A stretch of 64,000 nt of DNA. Source: Octopus sinensis (lineage: Eukaryota). Positions 1 through 12,807 of the stretch are shown here, in pieces. The DNA lies in contig NC_043002.1 in NCBI RefSeq assembly GCF_006345805.1, positions 93,930,001 through 93,994,000 on the forward strand, written 5' to 3'. The translations under genes were made by a program, and so were the position numbers. The notes beneath the pieces are model-generated. The model had not been told where the DNA came from. It ran no database searches and saw nothing but the letters and a program-made list of their open reading frames with translations. Every line of letters begins with the position of its first letter. Within the stretch, counting starts at the first letter, position 1.

Positions 1-1329
1 AGAAACGGCGCTCCATATCCGTTATATGCAGTGTTGTATATTCTGACTAAAACAATTTATTCCCAGTAACAGAGGTTTTTATTAGAAGGTTGAGTGCAAC
101 ACCATTTGTGAGAACAACTGACAGAAGGATGGGTTCTTCAAATAATTTTTCCATCAATTTTTTTTTACCAGTTTCAGTCCCACTGAGTGGCACCTTGGGC
201 AAGTGTTTTCTACTATTGCCTCGAGCCGACCAAAGACTTGTAAATGGATTTGGTGGATAGAAACTGAAAGAAACCTGTCATATATGTGCATATATCTATG
301 TGAGTGTGTTGTTGTGTTTGTTTATCCACCCGCCACAGTTTGACAAACGGTGTTGGTGTATTAACGCCCTGTAACTTAGCAGCTTGGCAAAAGAGACCAA
401 TAGAGTAAGTACCAAACTTTGACAAAAAAAAAAAAAAATCTTGGGGCTGATTTGTTCAATTAAAAGCCTTCAAGGCGGTGCCCCAATATGACCAGTCAAA
501 TGACTGAAAGAAGTAAAAGATAAATACATTGCATTTGCACATTTTCAAACACAATTTTTGATATTGAACAACAGTAATTAATCCCTTTAATATCAAACTG
601 CCTGAGAGCCCTTGGTTCCTCGAGACCAATTTCCTGCTTTAATGAGAACTGAATCAAAACCTTCCATCAGAATTTTTATGTTAATTTATGTTCCAAACAC
701 CAGCTTAAAAGCGGTTTTACTGAATTGTTCATTATTTTCAAAATTAAATTGAAACAAAAGCAGGGTATTCCAAATGAAATATGGTAACAAAATGGTTAAA
801 GAAATAGTTCTAATGATTAATTATCAGCATATCAAACTGAAATTACAATATTTCAAGTTTGTTTATTACTTGTTTGTCATTGGACAGCAGCCTTGAAGGA
901 TTTAGTCAACATTGACTCTGGGGCTTATTTATTGATATCTTTTTGCCAAAATGGTTAGTTACAGAGAGCACAAACAAACCAACATTGGTTGTCAAGCAGT
1001 AGAGGTAAAGATGCATGCACAAGCACAAGCATACACATGCTTCCAGTTTCCAGCTATCAAATTCAGTCACAAGGCATGGGTCGTAGCGGGACAGAACCCC
1101 AAATCCCATGGTCATGAACTATTTAACCACTCAGATATATTTGGTTTTTAGCATCTTATGTGTGATGTAGGTGCATAATCTTATCATTAGCCAAGTCTAC
1201 TAGAGCCAGTAGAATTATGTGCCTTGTTAATAACAGCTGATAGTTTGAAGCTCTGATAATTTAATAAATAGTTTAGCGCATTAACCTCATTCACAGGAGC
1301 AGCATCTCACATTATTAAAACAAACCTAC

Positions 1330-1489
1330 CTTTTGGTTCAGAACCACAAAGCCCTTGTTATTGTTGTCACAAACTTTCCTTTTCAGTTCAATGATCTTTT
1401 GTACTCTATCATCAATAAATTTTCGTTCAGCATCTACAAGCTTCTCTCGCTCAGCAGCACTTTTGTAGAAAAATCCAGAGTTTACTTCC
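1330..1489 (-). CDS. CCT6: CCT6 exon 8 (gene continues beyond window start)
   Basis: [53 protein letters not shown]; ctag acceptor, gtagg donor; 160 bp. Confidence 0.96.
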
Positions 1490-1622
1490 CTAGAAGCATT
1501 CAAACAAAGAAAAAAAAATGTTTCACCACTCATCAAAAGGTAACATAAAAATGCTACATTCAACTTAGTATATGTAAATTTCAAACAGAGGCAATAAGTA
1601 AATATATTTTAAGGCAATTAAA

Positions 1623-2756
1623 CATCATCATCATTGTTTAACGTCTGCTTTCCATGCTAGCATGGGTTGGACGATTTGACTGAGGACTGGCGAACCAGAT
1701 GGCTGCACCAGGCTCCAGTCTGATCTGGCAGAGTTTCTACAGCTGGATGCCCTTCCTAAACACAAACCACTCCGAGAGTGTAGTGGGTGCTTTTATGTTC
1801 CACCGGCATGAAGGCCAATCAGGCGGTACTGGCAACAGCCACTTGCACAGAAGCCAGTCCAGCAGCAGTGGCAACAACCTTGCCTGAATGTTTTTCATGT
1901 ACCACTGGCACAAGTGCCAGTAAGGCGACGCAGGTAACGATCACATTTGAATGGTGCTTTTTATGTTCCACCAGCATGGAAGCCACTTTGCTGCTCTGAG
2001 CACTCCACTGGCATGGGTGCCAGTCATCAAATTAGTGAATTTGGTTTGATTTTGATTTCACTTGCCTCAACAGGCCTTCACAAGCAGAGTTTAGTGTCCA
2101 ATGAAGGAAAGGTACACATAAGTGAGCTGGTTACACCCCTGGCATAAGCTACGGTTATGGTCTCACTTGGCTTGCCGGGTCTTCTCAAGCACTGCATATT
2201 TCCAAAGGTCTCAGTCACTAGTCATTGCTTCGGTGAAGCCTAATGTTCGAAGGTCGTGCTTCACCACCTCATCTCGGCTCTTCCTGGGTCTACCTCTTTC
2301 ACAGGTTCCCTCAACCGCTACGGCGTGGCACTTTTTCACACAGCTTTCCTCATCCAATCTTGCCACTTGTTAGGTTGACTCTAAAGCCCTTCGATTCTAA
2401 TCCTTGTTTCTACACCTGAAACTTCTCTAGTTCTGATAGTGACTCAGCAATCAGAGCAAGGTCATCAGCATAGAGGGGCTCCCAGAGGCATCCTTTCTTC
2501 AATTCCTCTGTTATTGCCTGGAGGACTATGATAAACAGGAGGGGCCTGAGGACTGAACCTTGGTGGACCCCTACCTCTACCCAGAATTCTTCACTGTACT
2601 CGTTGCCAACCCTCACCTTACTGACAGTGTCCCTGTACATGGCTTGCAAAGCTCTCACTAACCATTCATCTATCCCTAGTTTCCTCATTGACCACCTCAT
2701 AAGGGATCAGGGGACCCTGTCAAAGGCTTTCTCCATGTCAACGAAAGCCAGGTACA
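1623..2756 (-). mobile_element. RTE-clade LINE, 5'-truncated and internally deleted, in CCT6 intron 7
   Basis: Minus-strand RT motifs FVDMEKAFD, GVHQGSVL, LYADD; deletion junction near 2370; RGRPRK C-terminus; shared 3' terminal module and (GAT)n tail. Confidence 0.9.
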
Positions 2757-2831
2757 AAAACTGTATATTTACATTAAATACACGACAGGGAGTAGATTTT
2801 AATAAACAATATGAAAACGAAAGCTACTTAC

Positions 2832-2942
2832 GTCTTTTCATACTCCAGTGACACATTGCAAGTTAATATGTAAGCATTTTCTACTCTCTTCTTCATATCA
2901 GGATGCCTTGCTCCATGGTCCATGACAATACCTCTAACAAGT
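2832..2942 (-). CDS. CCT6: CCT6 exon 7
   Basis: [36 protein letters not shown](T); ttccag acceptor, gtaagt donor; 111 bp. Confidence 0.97.
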
Positions 2943-5070
2943 CTGGAAGAGAACAAGCGGTCAATATTGCATTATTCAATTAAGCATTGCTATTATAAAA
3001 CCCACTTGCAGCATTCAGTATAATTAACATATCATCCAGTACAATTAGCATATTATTCAAACAGCAAACACTGAAGATTTGTTTTTGATGGTTTTAAATA
3101 TAAATGCTATGAAATACAAGAAAGCTGGGAAATTGTACAGAGAATCTGAGTAAAAACCTAGTGGTTGTTTTGTCTCACATGTAATAAAACTACATGTTAC
3201 ACATGTAATAAAAACCAAAAAAATAAGTCACCTTGTCCATCTGCAGCTAAGCTTGTTAAATCTATCAATGGGGGAGGCGGTAAAATAACTAAAATTTTAA
3301 GATATTTGATAATCTTTAGATTAATTTATTATTCGATTTAAAACTTATGGTAATTTCCAACAAGAATTATAGTTGGTATAATTGAAATGTATCTTGCTAT
3401 GTTCAGAGAAGGCAAAAAAATGTACCCTAAAGAAATGACCCAGAGGAAAAGTGGGCTTTTTAAAGATTTTGTTGTGCTATTGGCTGTGTTAATATAGAAT
3501 TCATTTTGTAACCACATGACCTCAAGTTCAATTTCATTGTGTAACCCCTCAGGCTTATTGTAGCCTTAAGCCATGTATGTCTTTCTGATAACTTGCAGCC
3601 CAGTTTCACACGAAGATGCTGAGCTAAAACAGTGACATTTGTTGACATTCTTATGAAGTTCTTCACTTTTAAAGACAACATTATCAAAAGTTTGTCAATG
3701 ATCAGATTAGTACAAAGTAATCAACATACATGATCACATAGCAGAAAAGTTGGCCTCCCAACCAGATGATTTTAAGTTCAGTTGCATTTGAAGCAACTTG
3801 GGGATGTGTCTTTTACTATGGCTCCAGGCCAACCAAAACCCCAAGTGGATCTAGTATGTGGAAACTGAAAGTTCATCAAATGTACATATTTGATTTGTAT
3901 ATGTTAGTGATGCAAGTGTATATGATAAACGAATGTGTGTTTACATAGTCTTCAAACACTTGTCATGTTTTCTGTCAAAAATTAGTCTACTGGCTTTGAG
4001 CCTTTAAAGACGAGCGAAGAGATCCCTTACTTGAAAAGGCAGAGGTGAGACAAAAAGGATATCCAGCTGTAAAACAACACCTAGATAACACATTTATTTA
4101 ACCCATGCTAGCTTAGGAAAAAGGCAAAAACTAGTTTAACTTATTACCAGTTACATATTTCACCACAAGTTGTTTTTCACATTACTGAAACATTAAAGAC
4201 CGTCAAAAAAATAAATAAATAAATAAATAAAGCTAACCTAGAGGGCGTACATTTCACAATTTTGACAGAGATATAAAAAAAATTTAGATTTTAAATTTAA
4301 AAATTTCTTTTCTTTCAGAAAATAATCAATACAGTATTCAGTGTAGGACATTGTAATTTCTATAAAACATTGAATGTTGAATATGTAAGATTCATAAAGG
4401 GAAGTAAACACGCATAATACTCTTTGAATTACCCCTTATCAGTAATAGTTTACTATTTTGTTCAGTACTATAACAAGTTATTTTGGGAAAAAAAATTAGA
4501 TACTGAATTTGAAATCTCAATACTGAACTTCAGCTTAACTGAAATAGATTCAAGATGAATAGTCAGTCCAATAATAATATTTTACTCTGGTGGATCCCTC
4601 AGCCTCTTAATGTTTAAACATTAGTTTTATAGATACTGCTTTCAAAATTTCCTTATTTTGTTCACGCATTATCAACTTGTGTAAGTTGGATTATGTAAAA
4701 CATAAGAAAACCTAGTTGTTTCTTGCTAAGCATACATCTAAATCGAAATTTTTTCATGGACCCTTACTATATTGCTATGCATACCCAATTTACAATTTTG
4801 CATGCATGAGCCCCTGTTGAATGCCACTGGCTAAAACCAACATAACCTCAGTTCCTTTAAGCTTTATAAAATCATTTGAAAAGTGACCAAAAAAAAAAAA
4901 AAAATTAAAATAGAAATATTACATTTTAAAACAAATTCTCTTAGGTACAAAAAAAAAATTCATGCTTCTACAACATTTACACAAAACGAAACTGATGAAA
5001 CCTACAAAACAATGATTAATACCCAAGAAACAATTTTCAAGTGTTGAAAACTTAATTAAAATTTACTAAC

Positions 5071-5174
5071 GTAGTATCCATATCAGTCTTATGTTTCATT
5101 TCCATCATTTCTACCATATGTAAATCAATAGCTTCATTAGGTTGCTGGATTGCAAGAACAGCATCAACAATTTG
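5071..5174 (-). CDS. CCT6: CCT6 exon 6
   Basis: QIVDAVLAIQQPNEAIDLHMVEMMEMKHKTDMDT(T); tttcag acceptor, gttagt donor; 104 bp. Confidence 0.94.
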
Positions 5175-6560
5175 CTGAAAAATAAACATTGACAAGAAAA
5201 ATATCAATACTAACAAGAGGACGGAAGTAGATTTTCTATGGTTAATATACATATAATTACACAATGGAACAAATAAACCCAGATGTTGCATCACCAATTT
5301 TAGTTTATCTTCAACCATTACAGATTTACATAATTCCAATTTTTGTTATTTAGAGGGTTACACTGTAGTGAACAGCCCCTTCCACCTAAATGACTGAAAT
5401 TATTTCATTGTAAATATGAAAGTAGAGAATGCAAAAATCTTGTGGATATTATGTTGGAACTAAGCAGATGTCAAAATTGTGAAAATTGACTATTTCTGGA
5501 TGGCATATAGACAGTATAGTGAAATGATTATTGGTGACATAAACAAAATTTGAGCACTTCATGTGTAGAAGTGGTTAACCTGCTCAAGAGAGATGAGTAA
5601 GAGGTGAGAGATGGGCTATGCCTTTGCTATTCCCAGTCTATGAAGAGAAAATAAAAATCACTATAATTTATTTCTACATGTTAGGAGCTAGTCGTATATC
5701 ATCCAGACTAAAAGATTAAAGGACTACTACATGCCAGACAGCAAATTTGATATTAATTAAAATCTGTGATACTGTGAAGGCACGAATAGTTTGTTTACTA
5801 TGGACACATGCTTGTTCATAGCTAAAACTCAAGAGTTTTACTTCACAAACCAATGATTACAAAAATGCTAAACAGCTACTTGCCAAAATCAACAATGCAA
5901 AATTTGAAGAAGGGATTTGAATTTGTTTGTCTTTATGTTTGGTGTGCAGGTTGGTTATATAAAATGTTCCTTTGTTTACTGAGATAGTAAGATTTACAAA
6001 CAAGAAGGCTAAATGTTGTCAGTTTGAAAAAGTTTTGTTACTTCATATAAAACTGGGATTGATATTTTAGCTTGTAAAGAAATTTTTCTGCTTTAAGTTT
6101 CCAAAGATCTCTGATGGCAAATTTAAGAGTGGTATATTTTTTGAACAAGTAAATGCAACGTTGAAATCAGAACTTGAAAGATAAAGAAGCAAAGTTGAAA
6201 TGGTAATTTGACATGCATTTTGCAGGTGTAATTCATGGAGTTTAATGATTCACAAAGCTCCCAACTACAGAGTGTTGATGACAGTGCTTACTGAAAATTA
6301 TAATTACATAAGGTGCCACACACATCGAAACCCCTTAGTATTCAGCCTAATGCTTATTTATTGATATTGTTTTGAATTATTCATACACTATCTTGTAGCT
6401 CGGAGATTTCAATGTGACTGCTTTTTTTAGAATGACATTGTAAGGTAGGTTTGAGAGGCCAGTTTGAACATAAAAGAGGGAGAATATTTGAACCGAATAC
6501 GATTGGTTTAAATGATAACGGGTTAAAATGCATTTATTTCGTTTGCATTATTATTCATTA

Positions 6561-7066
6561 CTAGCAGTATCGCCCGGCGTTACTCGGGTTTGTAAGGGAA
6601 ATAACTATATAAGCATTTTTAGAGAGTTACTTCCCTTATAAATTCGGGCTTTCTTAGCCATTTTTGTTTTGGTGTCTTCAAGCCATGAAGTCATTGTTCT
6701 AAAAGAACGCTGGTTTCCTTCACAACGCATTACAACGTTGACTTCTTTACACTCCCTTCCCCACAGCTTCACGAGGGAGGGAAGGGGGAGAAGCAAACAG
6801 GTGCAGCTGTGAGCGTGGACGCCAACTCCACCGCCATCGACACACGATGCATTTTATGCATTAAAATGGAATAAAAAATGATGTTAAATTATTTTTAAAA
6901 TCGTAGACTCATCGTTGACGCGCGCTAATAGTCAGACGGGCTCGATATGAATCACGACTATAAGATACCCGAATTTGGTTAAACTGCACCGCAAAATGTG
7001 GGAGGAGTTAGGAATCTAAATCGAAGGGGACAGACACTCACACAACTAGAGTTTTATATATATAGA
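6561..7066 (-). mobile_element. Non-autonomous Helitron
   Basis: On minus strand 5' TC, subterminal hairpin cccgagtaacgccggg, 3' CTAG, inserted between A and T, no TSD. Confidence 0.85.
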
Positions 7067-7411
7067 TAAATTTTTTCTTTCTTTTTTTTTGTGTGTGTGT
7101 GTATGGAAAAGTATGACATCAGTGAGGAGTGCAGTGAAAACTTTCACCAAAATATTGGATGTAAAAGAACCAAAACTGATGCAATACGGTCCTGATGGAA
7201 GACTATGATCTCTGTTACGATGAAAGTGCTTACAAAATAAAAGTGAACTGAAAGCAAGTTTGATTTTTTTAATTTTCAACAACAATTCCATATCTTCAGA
7301 GTTTGTCAATTGTTTTCTCTAAACCTTTCATTATCATCCTGCCAGAAACAGATTGAACATTTTTGCCTTATAATATCAAGCAGCCCTAAACCACTTAAAG
7401 TAATTCATTAA

Positions 7412-7630
7412 CCCTTTAGTGTTCGCATTATTCTGCCAAAATTAATGCTTCTTTATCCACATTGTTTTGAACTAATCATGCATTATCTTGTAGCTATGAG
7501 ATTTTGATGAGGTAGCTGTTAATTTTTCAAACGATATTGTGGGGTTGGTGTGAGACCAGATCTGGCCAGTTTAAACATAAAACTGGCAGAATACTTTTGG
7601 CCGGATATGGCCGGTTTAAATGCTAAAGGG
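7412..7630. mobile_element. piggyBac-type MITE (second family)
   Basis: TTAA|CCCTTTAG..CTAAAGGG|TTAA; diverged relative at ~6330-6525. Confidence 0.82.
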
Positions 7631-7929
7631 TTAATAGTTAAATGGGAATGTCAATATGAATCTTGTTACTATTTTCATGAAAACATGGTTTCACTAGATA
7701 AACAATTACGTGCCCAACTTTTCTGGCATGGTATTTGTATTCTCTGGTTATTTTGGGGGTATCTTTTACCCCCACATTGTTATGACTACAATATCTAACA
7801 TTCTATGACTAGAAAAGAAAAATGTACTATTTTCATATTCACAATTAATGATTCAGACTGAAGGGCTTTTAAAAGAAAATGCAGAAAAATCAAATAGAAT
7901 ATGCAACAAATGCCAGGATACCAGACATT

Positions 7930-8635
7930 TTATTTTATTGTAGGCATTAGAAAGCTGCCCAGGATCACTAATTACTGGAGTACAGATGAATCTCTTGGTG
8001 ACTGGTACATTTCCTGTGGCAAACAAGGTTTTAGAAACTATGTTAATATTTGTATGAGACACTAGCAGTGTACTAATACATGGGGAAAGAAAATTATGAT
8101 CCCTAATTTTCTATTTTCCATCCACTTGTTCTGAACACATTAATGAAAATGGCACTCTTGAGAACTTTAATTACAATAGTTACATGGGTGGTGTAGATTA
8201 GATGAATCAAATGATGAACTATTATCCAGTTGCTGGACTAGGAGGTAAGTGGGTTCTGGTGACAGGTTAAGTATGTAGTAAGTATCAATATCATGTGTGT
8301 TTTACTATAATCCAAATTGGGAAGGCTATAAGTGATGCAACCATCTGCAGTTCCAAGCAAATGCAACTAAGTAATTGAGAGCAGGTTATTCACTGAAAAA
8401 ATAAGAGGATAAAGAGCAAAAGCCAACCAGAAGGATGGCTATCCCTCAGAATTCATCTGAATGCCGTAAGAAGAAAAGGGGGATAAATCAGTTGTAACAA
8501 GAAACTGTGCTGTGAAAGCTAACATTAGAAAAGGAAAATTCTAAGAGGATGGTCAACTGAAGCAACTTTCCAATGTGCATTCTGCATAGCTGCCTGATAT
8601 AGAGTGGGATGCTTTACAAGTTTCCATTACAGAAG
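7930..8635 (+). pseudogene. Decayed piggyBac transposase remnant in CCT6 intron 5
   Basis: VGIRKLPRITNYWSTDESL (~7940), NYNSYMGGVD*MNQMMNYYP (~8170), Cys-rich tail TFQCAFC..GCFTSFH (~8570-8630). Confidence 0.72.
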
Positions 8636-8733
8636 TAATTTGCATATATGTACGATTTGATTTTATGAACAAAATTTAACAAATCTACCTCATATCTTTT
8701 AAAATTTTATTTACCTATAACAAGGAGTGAAAC

Positions 8734-8767
<34 letters not shown>

Positions 8768-9771
8768 TTTATGTATTCTTTTCCTGTTTTACACTGCAGC
8801 CATGCTGGAGCACCACCTTAAACAGTTTTAGTCGAAGAAATTGACCCCCAGGACTCATTCTCTGTAAGCCTAGTACTTATTCTACTATTTTTTTTTTTTG
8901 CTGAACTGCTAATTTATGAGGACATAAACATAGCAACATCAGTTGTCAAGCAATCGTGGGGGGGGGGGACAGAGACAAATATGTATTCAAAGGGTTTCTT
9001 TCAGTTTCCATCTACCACATCCACTCACAAAGCTTTAGTTGGCCCAAAGTTATAGAAGACACTTACCCAAGGTGCCATGCAGTGGGACTGAACCCAGAAC
9101 CATGTGTTTAGGAAGTAAGCTTCTTACCACACAGCTATGCATACCTATGTAGGATACTATTCATTTTGTAATATTCTTTAAACATCATCACCATTTAATA
9201 ACCACTATCCCGTGCCTGCATGGGTCAGACAGATAACTTCTAATCTTTCTGGTCTTAGCATTATGGTAAACCTTTTTTATGGATATTTTAGTTCAATTGA
9301 AAATTAACTAACGAGCACAATTCCTCTATATGAAAATGTTGTATACCCTGCTGATTAGCTAATAACTCTTTTTCTATGGTGATATTCAACATTCAAATAA
9401 TTTTAAATTCCATTTGCTTGGAGAGAAAAAATTTGCATTACATTTATTTTAAGAACCTTTTGTGTTACCAAAATCACATTCATACGCCAACAAGCAAAAA
9501 ATGTATTAGTTGCTTCATGAAACCCATCTAAATTCATGACTAGAATTTCATTAAAGCATATATTGCTAGCATGGAAAATGGACACTAAACGATGATTGGG
9601 TGTGTTTTAGCAAGAAAAATAAGTAACAAAAAAAGTTAAATGTATTGTAAAATTTTGATGAAATTAATTATGAAACCAATTCTCATAAAAAGGAATAAAA
9701 ATGAAACCTACACTAAGACAGAGGTGGAGGTTACACTCCATAAAAAAATAGCTAATTGAAATATTTCTGAA

Positions 9772-11629
9772 CCAGGGTTCAGTACTCAGCCCCCTCCTAT
9801 TTATCATAGTACTCTATGCAATTACGGAGGAATTCAAGACAGGCTGTCCCTGGGAGCTCCTCTACGCTGACGACCTTGCTCTTATTGCTGAGTCACTATC
9901 AGAACTGGAGGAGAAGTTCCAGGTGTGGAAGGAGGGTTTAGAATCAAGGGGCCTTAGAGTCAACCTAGCTAAAACCAAAGTACTAATAAGTAGAAAGGTA
10001 GACAATCCACAAATATCTTCAGGAAGATGGCCCTGCTCGATCTGTAGAAAAGGTGTAGGTAGAAACTCTATAAGATGTACCCAGTGTAAGCTATGGACAC
10101 ATAAGAGGTGCAGCAATGTCAAAGGTAGGCTAACTGGGAAGATAGTTTTTGTATGTGGCAGATGCTCGGGAGCATTAACCTCCGAAAATCTGCAGAAAAC
10201 AACTTCCGTCACTTTCCAGGGGGAAAAACTAGAAGTAGTTGATAGCTTCCGTTATCTAGGTGACCAAGTCAGTAGTGGGGGTGGGTGCGCTGAAAGTGTA
10301 ACTGCTAGAATAAGAATAGCCTGGGCAAAGTTTAGGGTGCTCTTACCTCTGCTGGTGACTAAAGGCCTCTCGCTCAGAGTAAAAGGCAGACTGTATGATG
10401 CGTGTGTACGAACAGCCATGCTACATGGCAGCGAAACATGGGCCGTGACTGCTGAGGACATGCGTAAGCTCGTGAGGAATGAAGCCAGTATGCTCCGATG
10501 GATGTGTAATGTCAGTGTACATATTCGACAGAGCGTTAGCACCTTGAGAGAAATGTTGTACCTAAGAAGCATCAGTTGTGGTGTGCAAGAGAGACGATTG
10601 CACTGGTATGGTCATGTGGCGAGAATGGATGAAGATAGGTGTGTGAGAAAGTGCCAATCCCTAGCAGTTGAGGGAACCCGTGGAAGAGGTAGACCCAGGA
10701 AAACCTGGGACGAGGTGGTGAAGCACGACCTTCGAACTTTAGGCCTCACTGAGGAAATGACCAGAGACCGGGACCTTTGGAAATATTCTGTACGTGAGAA
10801 GACCAGGCAGGACAAGTGAGCCCAGCCCACTTATGAATGCCTTTCCTCCCTTGGACACAAAGACCGGTTGAGGCAAGCGAAGTCGATATAGAACCTCATC
10901 CGACGACAGACACCCATGCCAACCCCCCATGCTTGCGAAGACATGTTGGGGCAAGCGAAATCGAAATCGAATTGAACCAGCCAGGATCCCTGGTCTGGTG
11001 GTACGTAAAAAGCACTATCCGACTCGTGGCCGTGGCACGTAAAATACTCCAATGCGACCGTACGACAGGCACCCATGCCAACCCCCTTTGCTTGTGAAGA
11101 CATGTTGGGGCAAGCGAAATCGAAATCGAATTGAACCAGCCAGGATCCCTGGTCTGGTGGTACGTAAAAAGCACTATCCGACTCGTGGCCGTGGCACGTA
11201 AAATACTCCAATGCGACCGTACGACAGGCACCCTTGCCAACCCCCTTTGCTTGTGAAGACATGTTGGGGAAATCGAAATCGAATTGAACCAGCCAGGATC
11301 CCTGGTCTGGTGGTACGTAAAAAGCACTATCCGACTCGTGGCCGATGCCAGCACCGCCTCGACTGGCTTCCGTGCCGGTGGCACATAAAATACACCAATC
11401 TGACCGTGGCCGTTGCCAGCCCCGCCTGGCACCTGTGCAGGTGGCACGTAAAAAGCACCCACTACACTCACGGAGTGGTTGGCGTTAGGAAGGGCATCCA
11501 GCTGTAGAAACATTGCCAAATTAGACTGGAGCCTGGTGCAGCCTTCTGGCTTCCCAGAACCCCGGTCGAACCGTCCAACCCATGCTAGCATGGAGAACGG
11601 ACGTTAAACGACGATGATGATGATGATGA
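9772..11629 (+). mobile_element. RTE-clade LINE, 5'-truncated, young copy in CCT6 intron 5
   Basis: QGSVLSP..LYADD RT end, CxxC..CxxC..H..C finger insertion, FRYLG, MLHGSETW, WYGHV, RGRPRKTW (ORF 9923-10819); 3' UTR with 159-bp repeats; (GAT)n tail. Confidence 0.95.
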
Positions 11630-11762
11630 TTGACAGGCAGAAACTAAGAATTGAGTTCAGCACCAAAAAATTCATAAAACTATTTGTACTGACTGGGGTT
11701 TTACAATAAATTTGACATTACTTTCAATAGGAGTCCCCAATCTATAAATGGTCCATTATTAA

Positions 11763-11981
11763 CCCTTTTGTTACTGTATTTATTTTGAGATGCTCTGTGT
11801 TTCTTTCAATTACTTTAAATATAAAAAATTTAGTAAAAATAAATTAGTTATCATTCAGCTAGTGTTAGGAACATAATTTGTAACTAAGGTTTGGTGGAAG
11901 ATTTTAATTCAAAACTTATGAAAACAAAGACATTTGTACTCAGAGCCAGAGCCAATTTCAGCTGGGTTGGTAGTGAAAGGG
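11763..11981. mobile_element. piggyBac-type MITE
   Basis: TTAA|CCCTTT..AAAGGG|TTAA; relatives at ~582-795 (inverted) and 38108-38834. Confidence 0.82.
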
Positions 11982-12196
11982 TTAAACTTGATTTAAAATA
12001 ACAATCATATATATACAAAAATTTCACTTAAAACTTGTGTAAATCAGTTGAAATATTTTAATACAGATGATTTTAAAAATCAATCCACCAAAATAAGTTA
12101 GTATAAATTAAGAAAGGACAAAACATTAAAATACTTAAATGCATTGCAATACCTTTAAATTTTAAGAGAAAACAATTTAGTTAAACCTAAATAAAA

Positions 12197-12604
12197 GGAT
12201 CTTTTCGGTTTGAACGGCAGTTTTTAACAATTTCTAGGTAACTAAACACTTTTAAACTTCGTATACTGGTAGAATGTGTTTATGAAACATCTTTTTCTCT
12301 TGGCTTTATTGAGAAAATTCTATAGTTTGTAAGATATTTGCTGTTTTTTCTTCTTCAATTTCTGCAATTTCAACTAATCACTGACGTCCATTGAGGTAAA
12401 AAACATTCTGTGCCCTATGAATATGTCCCTTGTTTAAGAAACAGATTGGGTTTATTTTACATTTGTGAAGGAAAAAATACCCTTCCCCCACCCCTAACCC
12501 TAAAACAGATTGAAATGTAATAGATTGATACTAGGGTCATAATTATGGGTGACAATTTCATATGACACCGCTAGAAAAAACTGCCGTTCAAACTGAAAAG
12601 ATCC
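12197..12604. mobile_element. MITE with ~28-bp GGATC TIRs and 8-bp TSD (Merlin-like)
   Basis: ggatcttttcggtttgaacggcagttttt..aaaaactgccgttcaaactgaaaagatcc; TSD aaataaaa. Confidence 0.88.
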
Positions 12605-12693
12605 AAATAAAATACTCAAAGTACAACAAAATAAGTTAAGACATGCAATATATGACATAATAAAAGAAGTGAGATGAAAGAAGTTTAACTTAC

Positions 12694-12807
12694 TTCAGCT
12701 AGATTGGCAGCTAGTTTATGATGAAGCTTGGTAAAAAGAGAAGTCCTAGCCACTTCGATGAGAGTGCTACGATCAATTTCTTTCACTACTTTCACTTCCT
12801 CTAAGAC
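12694..12807 (-). CDS. CCT6: CCT6 exon 5
   Basis: [38 protein letters not shown]; ttacag acceptor, gtaagt donor; 114 bp. Confidence 0.95.

Noticed and set aside
1169-1224. Hairpin followed by ACA in CCT6 intron 8 as a possible snoRNA half
   Set aside because: Pairs well only on the plus strand, antisense to the host gene; no convincing 5' hairpin or H box
5400-6300. Possible decayed coding sequence in intron 5 (also 3460-3720 and 55900-56600)
   Set aside because: Multiple stops and no motif I can assign with confidence
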